Source: Callorhinchus milii (Eukaryota). From it: DNA of 64,000 nt. This document shows positions 1-12,957 of the stretch, piece after piece. Position 1 is the first letter of the stretch; every line of letters starts with the position of its first letter. The DNA lies in NCBI RefSeq assembly GCF_018977255.1, contig NW_024704743.1, positions 8,186,001 through 8,250,000 on the forward strand, in the 5' to 3' direction. The notes beneath the pieces are model-generated. The model saw only the letters and a program-made list of their open reading frames with translations. It had not been told where the DNA came from and made no database searches. The position numbers were made by a program, and so were the translations under genes.

Positions 1-555
1 CCTGTTCTAGTCGTTGATTACCCTCTGTGTAAAAAAATACTTTCTGGTGTCTGTTCTGAAATATCAGGTCCCCTCTGAGATGGCTTCACTCAAGACTGAA
101 GAGCCCTTGCTTGCCTAATCATTGCTCATAGCTTATTCCTCTAACACTGGGAATCATCCTTGTTGCTCTCCTCTGTACTGGCATTAGAAGCTTTCTATCA
201 TGGTGACTAGAGATGTGTGCAGTATTCAAGATGCGGGCTACCCGAGCACTGTGCAGCCTAAGGACTGTATTACAACATGCTTCCTTTCTGTAGCTGATGT
301 GCGTAGGCAGCATTACAGCTATTATAGGGTTTGTCAGGCCACCTTTGTTTTCTTGATGCTGTAGGGCAGTACTTTTAAGAAAGTTGCCAGTTCTGCAGTG
401 TTTACCTACTAATTGTGCATATGAACAGAATTGAGCTATTTGGCCCATCAAGCCTATGTGTATTGGTTCATCGTAGCTCTTGAACTTTCTCATTCCCTTC
501 ACTGCTTTTTTCTCCAAATTCTTAATATTGTAAGATATACTTCCAATATTATGCA

Positions 556-595
556 TCTGTCTGTCTGTATGTCTGTCTGTCTGTCTGTCCGTCTG
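556..595 (+). repeat. (TCTG)n microsatellite
   Basis: Directly visible. Confidence 0.9.
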
Positions 596-2444
596 CGCCT
601 CCTGATGTGAAGAAGGATTATAATATAATAATAATGGTTATATCAAAAAACAGGGATTATTCTTATTAAAATATACAAAATATACAGTCAATTCACTTTA
701 CAGTATATTCTGTGAAGCACTTTGAGACGTCTCGAAGATGTGATAAGGCACTATATAAAATTCTAGGATTGTTATTATTAAATACCTGTATTGATTCACC
801 TAACAATAATAATAATAATAATACACGTACTTGCATTTGATATAGTGCCTTTTAATGGGGAGGATGTCTCAAAGTGGTTCACAGGAGTCACTAATGTGTA
901 GTGACTGTATTTTTGTAGCCTGTCAGACTTTTATAGTGTATTTCCATGACTCCAGGGACGATGGATTTCACACTCTGTGGTGTAAAAAGATATTTTCTGA
1001 ATTCTGCCAATTAGACTAGTGAACAACTAATTATTCCTGCAGTTGAACTTAATTGTTTTGTCCTTCGTGTTGAATGACATTAATGGTACTTTGCATTAAA
1101 AGTATAGAGTGGCTGTGTTTTTAAGACCAGAGAAAGAAAACTCGGTTGCGTACAGGAGATGAGTGGCCAGGGAACAGCCTTCCTCTGATGATAGGTAAGG
1201 TCTGTGAAGTGGTTGATTATTAAGCCAAGAACAATCAGGAAGAAGCATCAGAAAAGCACAGTACTTGTCACCATGACGGGTGAGCCTCAGGCTGAAGCAA
1301 ACAAGGATTGAGAATAACTTAATATGAGGGAAACAATGTCCAAATAAATGTGCTGTGAGATGCCAGGAGAACTCAGAGATATCAAATTAGAAAAGTCAGA
1401 GGCCCATAATTCCTCATGGTTTTAGCTTTAAGACTACTTTCTTTAAATTGTCAGAATCTTGGAAAACTCTTAAATTCAGTCGTAATTTGGAAGTCGGTTT
1501 TCCGCGGTTCTTGTGTAATATTTAATAACAGTTTATCTTTTAGACTGCAACATCTTGCACGCTAAACTACCGTAAAATATGCGAGATTGTTTATTACAGG
1601 ATGACCCCAGTTAATGCACTGTGCTAGATCACAAGTCCTCTTATTACATGGGCGTCCTGTGGACGTATGGTTACTGGATGTATGGAAGGCTCCCAACTTC
1701 CCATGTTGACCACTTGGCTTCATGTGTGGGTGTGCATGAAGCTGGCAACTCAGCACATTACTGCTCTTGTGAGAATTCCTTCTGCATAGGGAAAACTTAA
1801 CGTAGAAACTTGAGCAGGGAAGGAATGGGGGGTGTTGGGAGTGCGGGTTTGAGGGAGGGGGCGGGGGGGCGGTGCTAGGGTAGCTGAAGGTGCAATGGAA
1901 GTTTTGACAGGTTTGAAAGCAAAGCGTGAAGGACGAGGGAGGTGGAGTGATTTTGGAAGACAGCTCCAGAGGCTTCAACACTGTGACAATGACAAGGTGA
2001 ACACGATGAAGGTCAGTGTTTGTTGCCAACAGTCAAACACATTGGAAGCTCTTTGATGGTTTATGGATGTTTAGTGCTGCTGAAATATGCAGTGGCAATC
2101 AAGGCGTAATTTGATAATGTGCTATTGCAGATAGTCGTTTACAGAAAGTGGGCTGTTTCTCCCAGTCCTAATTCAATGCCGAGCTGTCTCATTAATTTTG
2201 CTACTACATATTTAATTTCCAGTAGCGAGTGAATCAATTCCTGCCACTTTACAGTGCGTAGCTCGTAAAGTTGCACTGAAATTGATTGGATGCAAGGGAT
2301 ATAAATAGAAGCACTGTAGCTTTTCAATGTAACCAACACATGAAGGTGACCAACCGAAACATTGCTTATCTCATTTGTAACCTTAGGTTTGGTGGTGATG
2401 GTGGTGGGGGGAGGGGGAGGAGGCATGTGAAACGTAATTGAGTA

Positions 2445-2725
2445 TCTTTGGGATCTGAGTTGGTTCCAAGTTGACACACCTGGCAATGGAAGATCGGAAT
2501 TGTGTCTCTGTAGTCCAGTTATTAATACAGGCAGCTCCGCTGTTGATGGCGATTAGGTTGGCTCATTGGCAGGACATGAGAAACGTAGACCAGTCAATGG
2601 GGGCTGTGACTCTTCCCATTTGGCTCCTGTTAACTCTTAAAGCCAAAGCTCTAAGTGTAGGATGGTCCTAGCTGGACAGATAGTTTTATCTGGTTAAATT
2701 CAGCAGTACCCCACTTTTCTATCTG
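2445..2725 (+). mobile_element. Family X diverged internal fragment
   Basis: GCTCATTGGCAGGAC...GCTCCTGTTAAC...AAGCCAAAGCTCTAA...CAGCAGTACCCC collinear with 19480-19640. Confidence 0.6.
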
Positions 2726-2729
2726 GAGA

Positions 2730-3100
2730 TAATAATAATAATCCTTGCATTTGATAGAGCGCTTTTCACGTCTTGGAGATGTCTCAAAATGTTTCAAAGT
2801 ATATACTATAAAGTGAATTGACTATATATTTGTGGGTGAAACCCGGCAGCCAATTGCACACAACAGTGTCCCACAAACAGTCGTGGATTGAGTGACCAAA
2901 TTATTATTGGGTTTTTCAGGGATTATTATGCTCGGGAAAATGATCCGCCAATCAACTAACAATCGGGTTCCTACTTCCTGCGAGGTAAACAGAGGCGTGT
3001 GGAGTAAGGAAATTTGCCCAACATTTTGCCCTGCCGGGAATAGAACCCAGGTCTCTTGCTTGTGAGGCGAGTGCTCTAACCACTGAGCTACAGTACTCCA
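2730..3100 (-). mobile_element. tRNA-headed SINE, long subfamily
   Basis: Carries the extra internal segment CTCTGTTTACCT..GTAGGAACC..GTTAGT..ATTGGCGGATC that short copies lack. Confidence 0.85.
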
Positions 3101-3469
3101 ACTATAGATCGTTGGTTAGGACATGGAGAAACTCCCTTTTCTTTTCAGATAGCACCATGGAACATGCACCTGAACAGACAGATTGGACCCTAATTTAACA
3201 TCTCATCCAAAGAATGGCACCTCTGACCATCACAAGATTCATTCGGATAAAAGCTCTTTGGCCCCTCCAATCTCATCCTTCCAGAACACACATTCCACAA
3301 CAGCAATAACCTGTATTTATATAGTGTCCTTCCTGTGGGGAGTGTCTTGGAGCACTTGGAGGAGACTGTTGCTGGGGAGGGGGGAGGTGACAGTAAGCAT
3401 GGTCGAAGAAGGGAAGGAGGGGGTAAGGCAGAGGGATTGAGGGAGAGTTCCAAAGCTTCAGGGTGCAGC

Positions 3470-5410
3470 ATTCAGCCTGCAGAGTGTTCTACCAGTTTAT
3501 TAGATCTTGACAGATCTTTTAATCCCAATATTCTGCCCTTTCATCATACCCCTAATACCTCTACTTCCCAAATATTTATTTCTCTTTTAAACATTCCTAT
3601 GGATTCCCACTCCACAGCTTTCCCGGGCAGAGTACAACGTCACAAGCATATGCGTGAAGAAATGCTTCTCGACCTCAGTTCTGTCTTGATTCTGATTTTA
3701 AGGCTCTGCCTCCTTGAAATGGATCTCTTTACCAAGGGAAAGAGTCATCCACTATTTAATCACTTAATTCCTTTCATTATTTTAAATTTCTCAATCAAAT
3801 CACTCCTTAACATTCCCTGCAATAAGGAATATAACGTCAGTGTAGCCAGCCTTGTATCATAGCTATGGCCTTGCAGCTCAGGTATTAATCTAGTGACCCA
3901 TTTGCTGGACACCCACTAAGCTTAGTATATCCTTCCTAAGATTGGTTGCCCAAAACTGAACACAGAACTGCAAATGAAGTCTGACCCATGCTCAATATAC
4001 CTGGAGAAGCACTTCTGTTCTTTTATTATTCCAGACCTCGTGTAATGGATGCCAACAATCCATTTGCCTTATTGACTGCCTTCTGCGCCTGTGAATTTGA
4101 TTTTACTAATCTATGAACTTGAACCCTTCAATCTCTCTGTTTATCTATCTCGTGTTTCCCCATTTAGCACATACTCACAACCACTATTCTTCCATTTCGA
4201 ATGTACTACCTGGTACTTTGCAATGTTAAACTCTATCTGCCTTAGTTCTGCCTGTTTGCCCTTAATCTGATTGTGTCTCTTTGTATTTTTCACTTGTCCT
4301 TTTCACAATTTACAACACCTCCTAGCTTAGTGTCATCCGCAAACTTAGATACCGATTCCCCCCCCCATTCCTACATCTAGATCAAGAAAGCTGAGGCCCC
4401 AGCACTGGGAAACACGATTTGGCACTGCCCACCAATCTATCTATAATCCATCACTCCTCACCGGTTACCTCTGATCTGTTCATATTACTTAATTGAAATC
4501 AGCCTTTCTTAATACATTCCGAGTTCCTCTAACCTTTCTGTTTGCTTGAAGAGCGTTCTGTCTATTTGTTCCACTGGAGCTGGAAGTAGCTACCAGTTGT
4601 CAATTGCTATCTTGTAGCCATTACTATTTGGTATTCCTTCACCTACTATCCTTGTGGTGTTTGCTTTAGCTGTATCTGCTGGGGCTGGGGCCTCCCCTCC
4701 CTCCACTAAGAGTGCTATATCCTCATTTACTAATAATGACATTACTCCACCCAGTCTCGAAGTCCTATCGTCACATTTCATACCCTCTTAGCCCCATCTC
4801 CTGGCCATTATCTGAACTCAGCCATCTTCTTTGGATGCTGATCATGTCAATTTTTTCATTGAGTGCATGCATGTACTGTGGCGTCCTGTAATGAATTGGT
4901 TAGAGCACTCAGCTCGCAAGCGAGAGAAACCAGATTCGATTCCTGGGCAGAGCAAAACCTTTGGCAAATTTCCTTACTCCCTTCAATAAATAAATAAATT
5001 GAAACAAAAATGTTGCCAATCTGCGACTGTTTGTGGGACTCTGCTGTGCGCTATTGGGAATCTTAAAACATACCCTGATACTCCTATTTGATAAAATTAA
5101 TTGAGCTCTTGCGTCAACAATTTGACTTGATCATTTTGTTATTTTTTTTTCTTTGACGTACAAACTCTCCCTTTTACCTCTGAATCTAGTTGAAGTGAAT
5201 CCCAATTACATATTTATATTTCTGCCAACAAATTAGTTCCCTATCTAATGTGTGTGTAGACCATCCTTCCTGTAAAAATTGTTTCTGCCCAGAAGAGTTT
5301 ACCAGTAATCCTACAATGTAATTCCCTCTGCACACACCATTTACGTAACCACTCTTTGAAGTCAATTATCCTACTCATACTTTCCATGCCCCTAGACAAT
5401 GTTGGAAGCC
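3470..5410 (-). mobile_element. Old internally deleted CR1: RT C-terminus, APE endonuclease N-terminus and probable ORF1 remnant, with a SINE fragment at 4878-5058
   Basis: FADDTKLGG around 4317-4343; DDRTSRLGGVMSLLV resembles the APE DR...GGGV motif near 4730-4780; weaker esterase-like ORF1 trace at 5210-5400. Confidence 0.7.
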
Positions 5411-5419
5411 ATCCAAATA

Positions 5420-5826
5420 ATAATCCTTCTATTTGATATAGTGCATTTCAATTCAGGAGGACGTCACAAAGCGCTTCACAAAATATACTACAAAATATAG
5501 TGACTGGTATTTTGTAGCAATCAATTAAATGTCCCACAAACAGCCATGTAATGAGTGAACAACTTTATTTTGGCTGATTATTGTCCATGACACTGAGAGA
5601 AACTCACTTCTCTTGTAGAACAGTGCCAACAGAATCTTTAACGTCCATCTGAACATGCACGGACGAGTCATCTTCTGAAGGACAGAACCTCCAACATTCC
5701 CCACAGCACTTCATTGGAGTATTGGAGTACCAACCTAGACTTGGGGGTTCAAAGTTCTGAGATGGGGTTTGAACCCACAACCTTCTGACTCAGGTGTGAA
5801 TGCTACCAATTGAGTCAGGCTGACAC
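5420..5826 (-). mobile_element. Older tRNA-headed SINE, Deu-domain/SacSINE1-like (family name from recall)
   Basis: Head GTGTCAGCCTGACTCAATTGGTAGC...TCAGAAGGTTGTGGGTTCAAA; body GTTAAAGAT...GGCACT; 3' half shared with the young SINE. Confidence 0.75.
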
Positions 5827-5920
5827 ACAAATCCTACCATCTTTCAACTCTTTGCCTTAAAGATGCCAACACTAATCTATTTAGTATTTTACTTCTTCAG
5901 AGGGTTTGTGTTAGAATTGG

Positions 5921-5971
<51 letters not shown>

Positions 5972-6308
5972 TCCTTGCATTTGATATAGCGCTTTTCATG
6001 TCTTCTAGACGTCTCAAAGCGCTTCACAGAATATGCTGTAAAGTGAATTGACTGTATATTTGTGGGCGAAATGCGGCAGCCAATTGCACACAGCAGTGTC
6101 CCACAAACAGTCGTGGATTGAAAATGACAATTTATTATTGTTTTGTTTTGGAGGGATTATTATTAGGCTCTGTGTGGAGTAAGGAAACTTGCCCAAGGTT
6201 TCGCCCTGCCTGGAATTGAACCCTGGTGTCTCGCTTGCAAGGCGAGTGCTCTAACCAAAATAATCCTGTTTATTATTATTATATATCCACTGAGCTACAG
6301 GACTTCAC
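5921..6308 (-). mobile_element. Young SINE, short subfamily, with expanded (TAA)n tail
   Basis: Same head, body and tail; ~30 bp AT-rich insertion in the head near 6257-6286. Confidence 0.88.
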
Positions 6309-6423
6309 AAAAAATATTGTTACATGGATGAATTTTCTATTCCAAGATTTCTCATGAAACCTCTATGTATCTGCAGCAGGAGTGAAGCCGTGTGATATAT
6401 ATAGTCAATCGTAGCTCTCCCAG

Positions 6424-7058
6424 CCTCTGATCTCCCGGCTCCATCACTGTCTCACTACGCAGGCTGCCAAAACCCTCATGCACGCATTCATAACTTCCAG
6501 GCTTGACTATGCAAACTCCCTGCTTACCGGCCTCCCCAACTCCTCCCTCCATAGGCTGCAGATCATCCAAAACTCTGCAGCCCATGTCCTCTCCCGCACC
6601 AGGCTCCGTGATCCTAACATCCCCATCCTCACCTGACTCCACTGGTTTCCCATCACACAGAGGATACAGATCAAAATCCAGGTCCTCACCTTCAAAGCCC
6701 TCCATGACCTTGCTCCCCACTACCTCTGTGACCTCCTAACCCCCTACCATCTTGCCCTCTGCTCAGAGGGCTCCAGCCAGCTTCAGGTCCTCCACCTCGT
6801 CTGCCCCACCATTGGCAGGTGGGCCTTCTGCCACTCTGCCCCCACCCTCCGGAACTCCATCCCACAGGCCCTCCGCCTCATCCTCCCTTGCCTCCTTCAG
6901 GCCGATCTCTCTGACCGTGCTTTTGATCACCCTGCGTTCCCCCTTGCCCTCCACCCTCCCCAATCCTGACCCCCAACTCGGTCTGAACACTGACTGTCGG
7001 ACATCCTCCCAACCTGAAAGGCTCTATACAACTGTAATTTTGTTGTTGTTGTTGTTAA
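6424..7058 (+). mobile_element. L2 LINE 3' end
   Basis: HAFITSRLDYANSLL...LQIIQNSAA motifs; (TTG)n tail. Confidence 0.87.
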
Positions 7059-7254
7059 CCATACTTTCCTTGATCCCTCCACAGACCAAATCTCAAATAG
7101 TGTAGGCATAATCAGAAAAGCATTTTTTTGGATGGTGGTCACTTTGTTTTCAGCAGACTGAAGCCAGCCAATGTTTCCCACTCATTGCTCTGAGTCTCTT
7201 CAAAAATGGACCAACCAAATCAACACAACCCCTTAAAGCCAACAATATTAAGAA

Positions 7255-7650
7255 TATGTATTTTGGAATAGCACCTTTCACATTGTAATATGCAGTGACT
7301 GGGTGTTTTGTGCAAAATTTTGTGCAATTCAGCAGCCAATTTATGCATAGCATAATGATTTCCCAACAACAGCCAGGAAGTGAATGACCAAATTATTATT
7401 GGGAGAATTGTTGGCCAGGACACTGGGAGAAACTCTTTTCCTTCTGTTTTTAAATAGTGCCATGGCATCTTTAACATCCATCTGAACAGGCACAGTTTAA
7501 CGTCTCATCTGAAAGACAGCACCTGCAACCAAGTAACAGACCCTTATCCCTACACTCAAATGTCAGCTTAGACTACGTTATTTCCAGTCCCAACTTGGGG
7601 CTTGAACCCACAATCTTCTGATTCAGAGTGCTAACAACTGAACCAGGCTC
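7255..7650 (-). mobile_element. Older Deu-type SINE
   Basis: Same head and body as 5420-5826. Confidence 0.75.
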
Positions 7651-8381
7651 GAGTTGTAACTTTATGGGGGTGAAAGCTACTGTTTTCTTAAAGTCATTCC
7701 ATTTCTTAATTTTTTAATAATTTATTGACTAGTCAGAAAATACAATTAAAGCCTGCCTCGTACAACTTTTCTTTTCTGGAGTGTGCACCCCTCTCTCCCT
7801 CTGGACATTTGGAGAATGGTTTTACCCTCAGTTCCTGCAGAGTCTATATCAGCATCATTGTCTTTTAGCAATGCTGAGCCCATCCTCCTTTACTCAACGC
7901 TGTCCCAGTGGGGATTGAATCCTCCTTCATGTTAGGCTGGGATCCGATGAAGCAGTGTGGGAATGCTGCTCTGGTTGCGCACAGCAGTGTCCCACAAACA
8001 GTCGTGAATTGAAGTGACCAATTTATTATTTTTTTTTGAGGCAGGAATTATTACCCCCGGAAAAGTGACCTGCCAGTGAAGTGACAGGGAGCCAGAGAAC
8101 ATTGATAATCTGAGCTCAGAGTCTCCAAGGAGAGTTAAATCGAAGTCCTCACTATATACAGACCTTTCTGTGTGTATGTGTATTGGGGATTGGGAGAGTC
8201 CTTATACAGTGTAGGAGTATCCCTGAAAGTCTAAAAGGGCCATTTTACACTTTCAGGCACATCTGCACTGTTAAATCATTGCAGTGTTAGATTGCTCTCT
8301 TGTATTGCAATAAAATTCCGAGCACTACAACAAATTCATTCAATTGTTCAAGTTAAGTGTTGCAATTCTGTGCAACTATTA

Positions 8382-8790
8382 GGTATCAGCTTGGCTCAGT
8401 TGGTAGCCCCATTGCCTCTAGGTCAGAAGATTGTGGTTTTGAGGCTCATTTTAGAATTTGAGCACATAGTCTAAGATGACTTTCCAGTGCAGTGCTGGTG
8501 AATGCTGAATTGTCAGAACTACCGTCAATGTCTGAAGAACAGCGTCGGTCTGCCTGACTTCAGGTGAATGTTAAAGATCTCATCGTACTGTTCAAAAAGT
8601 GTATTGACCTGACCATAAGGTTCTCCAGGTACAAATGATTGCTCGCCTCAAGGCTGTTTGTTGGATCTTGTTCTGCACAAAATGGCTTCCGTACTTGTCT
8701 ACTAAACAGTTGCTATTCTTGGCAGTGATTACCGTGCTTCAGATATTTGACATGGGATAGCATGATAAAAATGTGAACTTCTTCTTTCCT
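8382..8790 (+). mobile_element. Older Deu-type SINE, diverged
   Basis: TTGGCTCAGTTGGTAGC head; TTCAGGTGAATGTTAAAGATC body. Confidence 0.7.
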
Positions 8791-8812
8791 CTCATAAAGC
8801 ACTCTTTACAAT

Positions 8813-9890
8813 GTGGGCATGTTCGTTAGCATATTGGTTAGAACACTCGCCTCGCAAGCGCGAGGACCCAGGTTTGATTCCCGGGCATGGTAGAACCTTA
8901 GATAAGTTCCCTTACTCCACATGCCTCTGTTTACCTACCAATAAGTAGGAATCAAGTTGTTAGTCGATTGCTGTATCATTTTCTGGGGGTAATAATCCCT
9001 TTTTAAAAAAATATTTGGTCACTCAATCCACGAGTGTTTGTGGGATACTGCTGTGCTTAATTGGCTGCATCATTTCGCCCACAAAATATGCAGTCAATTC
9101 ACTTTACAGTATATTCTGTGAAGGGCTTTGAGGCGTCTCATTGGCTCCCATCAATGTATTCTATCCTATGGCTCTGACCTCCTCAACCTCCTTGGCCAAT
9201 CCCTTAGATTTACCAAACCAGAGCACAACCTAGGCCACAGCTGTTCTTCCTTCCCCACATCTGGTCCCTGACCAGGACCACCTTCCTCCACCTCCACCAC
9301 TTTGCCCTCCTCTGACTGTACCTTACCCCAGACGCAGCCAAAACACTTGTCCAAGTGTTCGTCACTTCCTAACTCAACTTCTCAAATGCCCTCTGTGCCG
9401 ATCTCCCCAGCTCCACCATACACAAGATCCAAAACTCTGCCGCCTGCATACTCACTCGTACCAAACTCTGTACCCCCATCACACCAGTTCTAACCAGGCT
9501 CCACTGGCTCCTCATCGGATCGATTTCAAGATCCTCACACTCATTTTCAAATCCCTTCCTGCCCTGGCAGCTCCCTACCTTTCTGATCTGCTTATCCCCA
9601 TCCCAAAATCCGCTGCCTGAACTCGACTGGCTCCAACCTTCTGCATGTCCTTCTTTAGTGGCTGCGCTTTCAGCTACTATCTCCAAAACTCTGGAACACT
9701 CTTCCTCTATCCCTCCGCCTTGCACCTGAAGACCTATTTTACTGTCACCCCATCTCCCCCCAACTCAGCATCATGCTCTGCCACTAAGCACTCTAGGATG
9801 CTACCCTGAGTGAGGGGGGGCCATATAGATGCACGTTGTTGTCTCACTGAAATGATAAAGTGCTATATCAAATGCAAGGATATTATTATG
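8813..9890 (+). mobile_element. Long-subfamily SINE split by an L2 3' fragment (9141-9840)
   Basis: GTCTCA at 9135-9140 and 9841-9846; the SINE tail resumes after the L2 (GTT)n end. Confidence 0.82.
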
Positions 9891-10544
9891 TGCACATATA
9901 AATATTTTAAACACAGAAAACTTTGGGATAACTGTTTAAAGATGAAATATTACTTGTTTTGTGCTTTATTTTAAATCTTTGACTCAGAAAAAGGGATTAC
10001 TCTCAACTCTTTGAGCTCAGCAATTTGTTTGTGTGTCTGAAGTGATTTCTCCATTCATTTTTCACAAGATCACCACAACAACAAATTACATTTGAATAGC
10101 GCCTTTATTTTTCCCCTCTATCCCCTGGGGGATCATCGCACTTCAGCTCAGTGTCTCCCTTCGATATTACCATCAGCATCAAGAACTCACTGTGGCATTA
10201 CTTCCAGGCCCTGGTCTGAGTTTTCCTGCTGAAAGGATAGAAGTAAACTCTTCAACAACAACAACTTGCAGTTATATAGCACCCCTCACACAGGGTAGCA
10301 CCCCACAGCACTTGACAGTAGTGGAGGATGACACCAAGCTGGTAGAGGGGGGAAGTGGCCCTAAGCATGGTCGAAGGGCGACCTGAAGATAGTGAAGGAG
10401 GGCGCAAGGCGGAGGGATACAGCAAGAGTGTTCCAGAGTTTCGAGGCATTGTTGATGAAAACGTGGCCAAGAACACATACTCTTTATACATTCCTTAGTT
10501 GTGTGCCCCCTCTTCCTCCCAACCTCTGTCCCCACTCCCCAAGG

Positions 10545-10785
10545 CTGAGTGGCTGAATGTACGGTTGGTACTGGGCTATGCAAACAACGAAAGTCTCAGC
10601 TTTGAGCTCTGGTTTGTTTTGAGTTAGCTGAGCTCCGGCAAATCAGCAGTAGGGCTGCTACAACTAGTCTCAGAGCCCTGGACCAAGGAACGCAAAATCA
10701 GTCAGAGTTCTCTCTCTCTCCACTTCTGCAGGAGCACTGTGAGTGTCTGGATGTCGGGGAAGACAGGATTGAGATCACTCATTCT
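10545..10785 (+). mobile_element. Ancient SINE, LmeSINE1-like by recall; related copies at ~14400-14560 (-) and ~38500-38730 (+)
   Basis: GAGTTAGCTGA.CTC...CTACAA...CTCAG.GCCC.TGG...AAAATCAG.CAG motifs, partly shared among three diverged copies. Confidence 0.45.
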
Positions 10786-10817
10786 CAAAACATCTCAATA
10801 ACATGATAACCTTGATT

Positions 10818-10892
10818 TCTGAAACGTTGACCCACTTTTGTTTCTCCATAGATGCTCCTTACCTGCTGAGTTTTCCCAGTGATCTGTTTTTA
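10818..10892 (+). mobile_element. Penelope-like terminal fragment (3' half of hammerhead only)
   Basis: GAAACGTTGAC...CTCCATAGATGCT...ACCTGCTGAGTTTTCCCAGTG matches the other two copies. Confidence 0.6.
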
Positions 10893-10904
10893 TATAATAT
10901 ATAA

Positions 10905-11224
10905 TAATATAATAATAATAATAATCCTTGCATTTGATATAGTGCATTTTACTTGACGTCTAAAAGTGCTTCACAGAATATACTGTAAAGTGAATTGACC
11001 GTATATTTGTGGGCGAAACGCGGCAGCCAATTGCGCACAGCAGTGTCCCACACAGTCGTGGATTGAAAATGACCAATTTATTATTGTTTTTGTTTTTGGA
11101 GAGCTTATTATTATTAGGCGTGTAGAGTAAGGAAACTTGGCCAAGGTTTCGCCCTGCCTGGAATTGAACCCAGGTGTCTTGCTTGCAAAGGCGAGTGCTC
11201 TAACCACTGAGCTACAGGACTTCA
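10905..11224 (-). mobile_element. Young SINE, short subfamily
   Basis: Same head, body and tail as 60493-60810. Confidence 0.88.
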
Positions 11225-12128
11225 TGTTTCATGAATATTATATTCAGCCCATTGAGCCTGGTCTACAAAGAGATTTGCACGTGGAACGATAACTGCAATG
11301 AGTCTTTAGGAAAACAACCATTGAGTGAAACCTTAGAAGTTACTATTCCATCGCAGTGCTTGAAATTGATCTCAAGGTGAATTGGCTTCAGTGCTTACAG
11401 AGAGAATGATCTATTCATCATAGAGGCAATCTATGAAATCTGATGGTTTCATCTTAGTCAATAGCAGAGATTATAAATGAAGAAACAACCTTCTGCTCAA
11501 AATGTTTATTTTTCAGAGATATCTTGATTTCAGAGGGATTTGCTTTGCTCATATGATCAAATGTTTCTCTAAGGACATAGTTCACTTGAATAAACTTTTT
11601 TTAGTTAACTTTTGCTAAAATTATCATCACAAAAGTCTTCATCATATCATCTGTATGTGTATGTGTGTGTGTATCATGATTGGTTTGTGTATGGTTTATG
11701 TGTGTGAGCGGGTGTGATGTGCTTAAACACTCCAGAACACACCCCATGTGAAAGGTGCTATGTAAATGCAAGTTGTTGTGATGTGTGGTGTATTTGTGTG
11801 TGTGTATTGTATATGGGATTTATAATGTGTTTGAGTAGATGGTTAAACAATCACAAGGTTGGTTTGGATAAACAAGCCCCATCAATCCAGAATACCCACC
11901 CTGCCGCCCCCATTAGTTAGTTTCTAAATGAGTCCAGTATCTTGGCCTTAACCACCTGTCCTGGCAACATGTTCTAGACATTACTTAACCCCTTGATAAA
12001 GAAAATGTTTCTGGTATCTGTCTTGTAATTCCTCTTTACAACTCTGAACCTATGTCTTCTTATTCTACTGTCATGATGAAGTATTGATCTGGGTTTACTT
12101 TTTCAATCCCATTTAAAATTTATACACC

Positions 12129-12837
12129 TATAAGCTGATGATTTTATGCACTTGGTGATCACACTTGGTGTATCCCAGCAGAAAGAGTGTGGCTGCAGTC
12201 TCCCCCCCGCTCCCCCCCACCCCTTCTGCTCGAGTGGGCTGGTTTCTGTGGGAGAGAGACTTTGTTGTGTCGGCCTACGTGAATTCCAAAGGTGAATGTG
12301 GTGGTGACAGACACAGTTGCTCTTGGAGGTAGCATGATCAGGGGCACCCTCTTTGATAGGAGGATGTAAGAAGCAATTGGAAGACCTGGAATGCAAATAT
12401 GGAAACAAGGAAAGAACCGGCATGAGCTGGTCAGGAGTGGTTTCAGTAGCAGGTAGACAGGTGACCGCTCGGCCGGGAGAGGTGTCTCGTGTGAAACAGA
12501 GAGAGAGATGGCTGCCATTTTATACCTGGACGGAGAGAGAAAAACTCCTCCTCGACTGTCTGTATAAGAGACTCAGAGACACAGAGAGGAAAGAGGAAGA
12601 TACTGAGGCAGAAGGAGAAGGAGCTCAGATTAAAATACACAAAGCGGTCATCATTCTCTCACGGAGAAAGAATTGGATCACCTTTGAATCCAAACCACGT
12701 GTCCCCGGTTGTAAGTATTTGTAAATATGATATAACAACTTATCAATAATAATTTGGTTGTATTAAAACATTAACTTCATTCTGACGAATGCTGGTCAGC
12801 CTCTTGTATTACAGCATCAGTAACTCATAAACTTACA
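12129..12837 (+). mobile_element. Candidate solo LTR interrupting a CR1 fragment
   Basis: ~710 bp foreign block between two collinear CR1 pieces; ends TATAAG...CTTACA (near TG..CA inverted termini); ATTAAA near the 3' end; no clean TSD. Confidence 0.4.
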
Positions 12838-12957
12838 TCTCCTCTTGAGACTGAAGAGTCCAAACGTGTCTAATCATTGCTTACAGCTCATTCCTCTAAC
12901 ACTGGGGATCCTCATCATTGCTCTCCTTTGCACTGCCTCTAGTGCCTAGACACCTTT

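Noticed and set aside
12103..12724. ORFs of 106-123 aa in the LTR-like block
   Set aside because: No recognisable domain; overlapping on both strands; low complexity.
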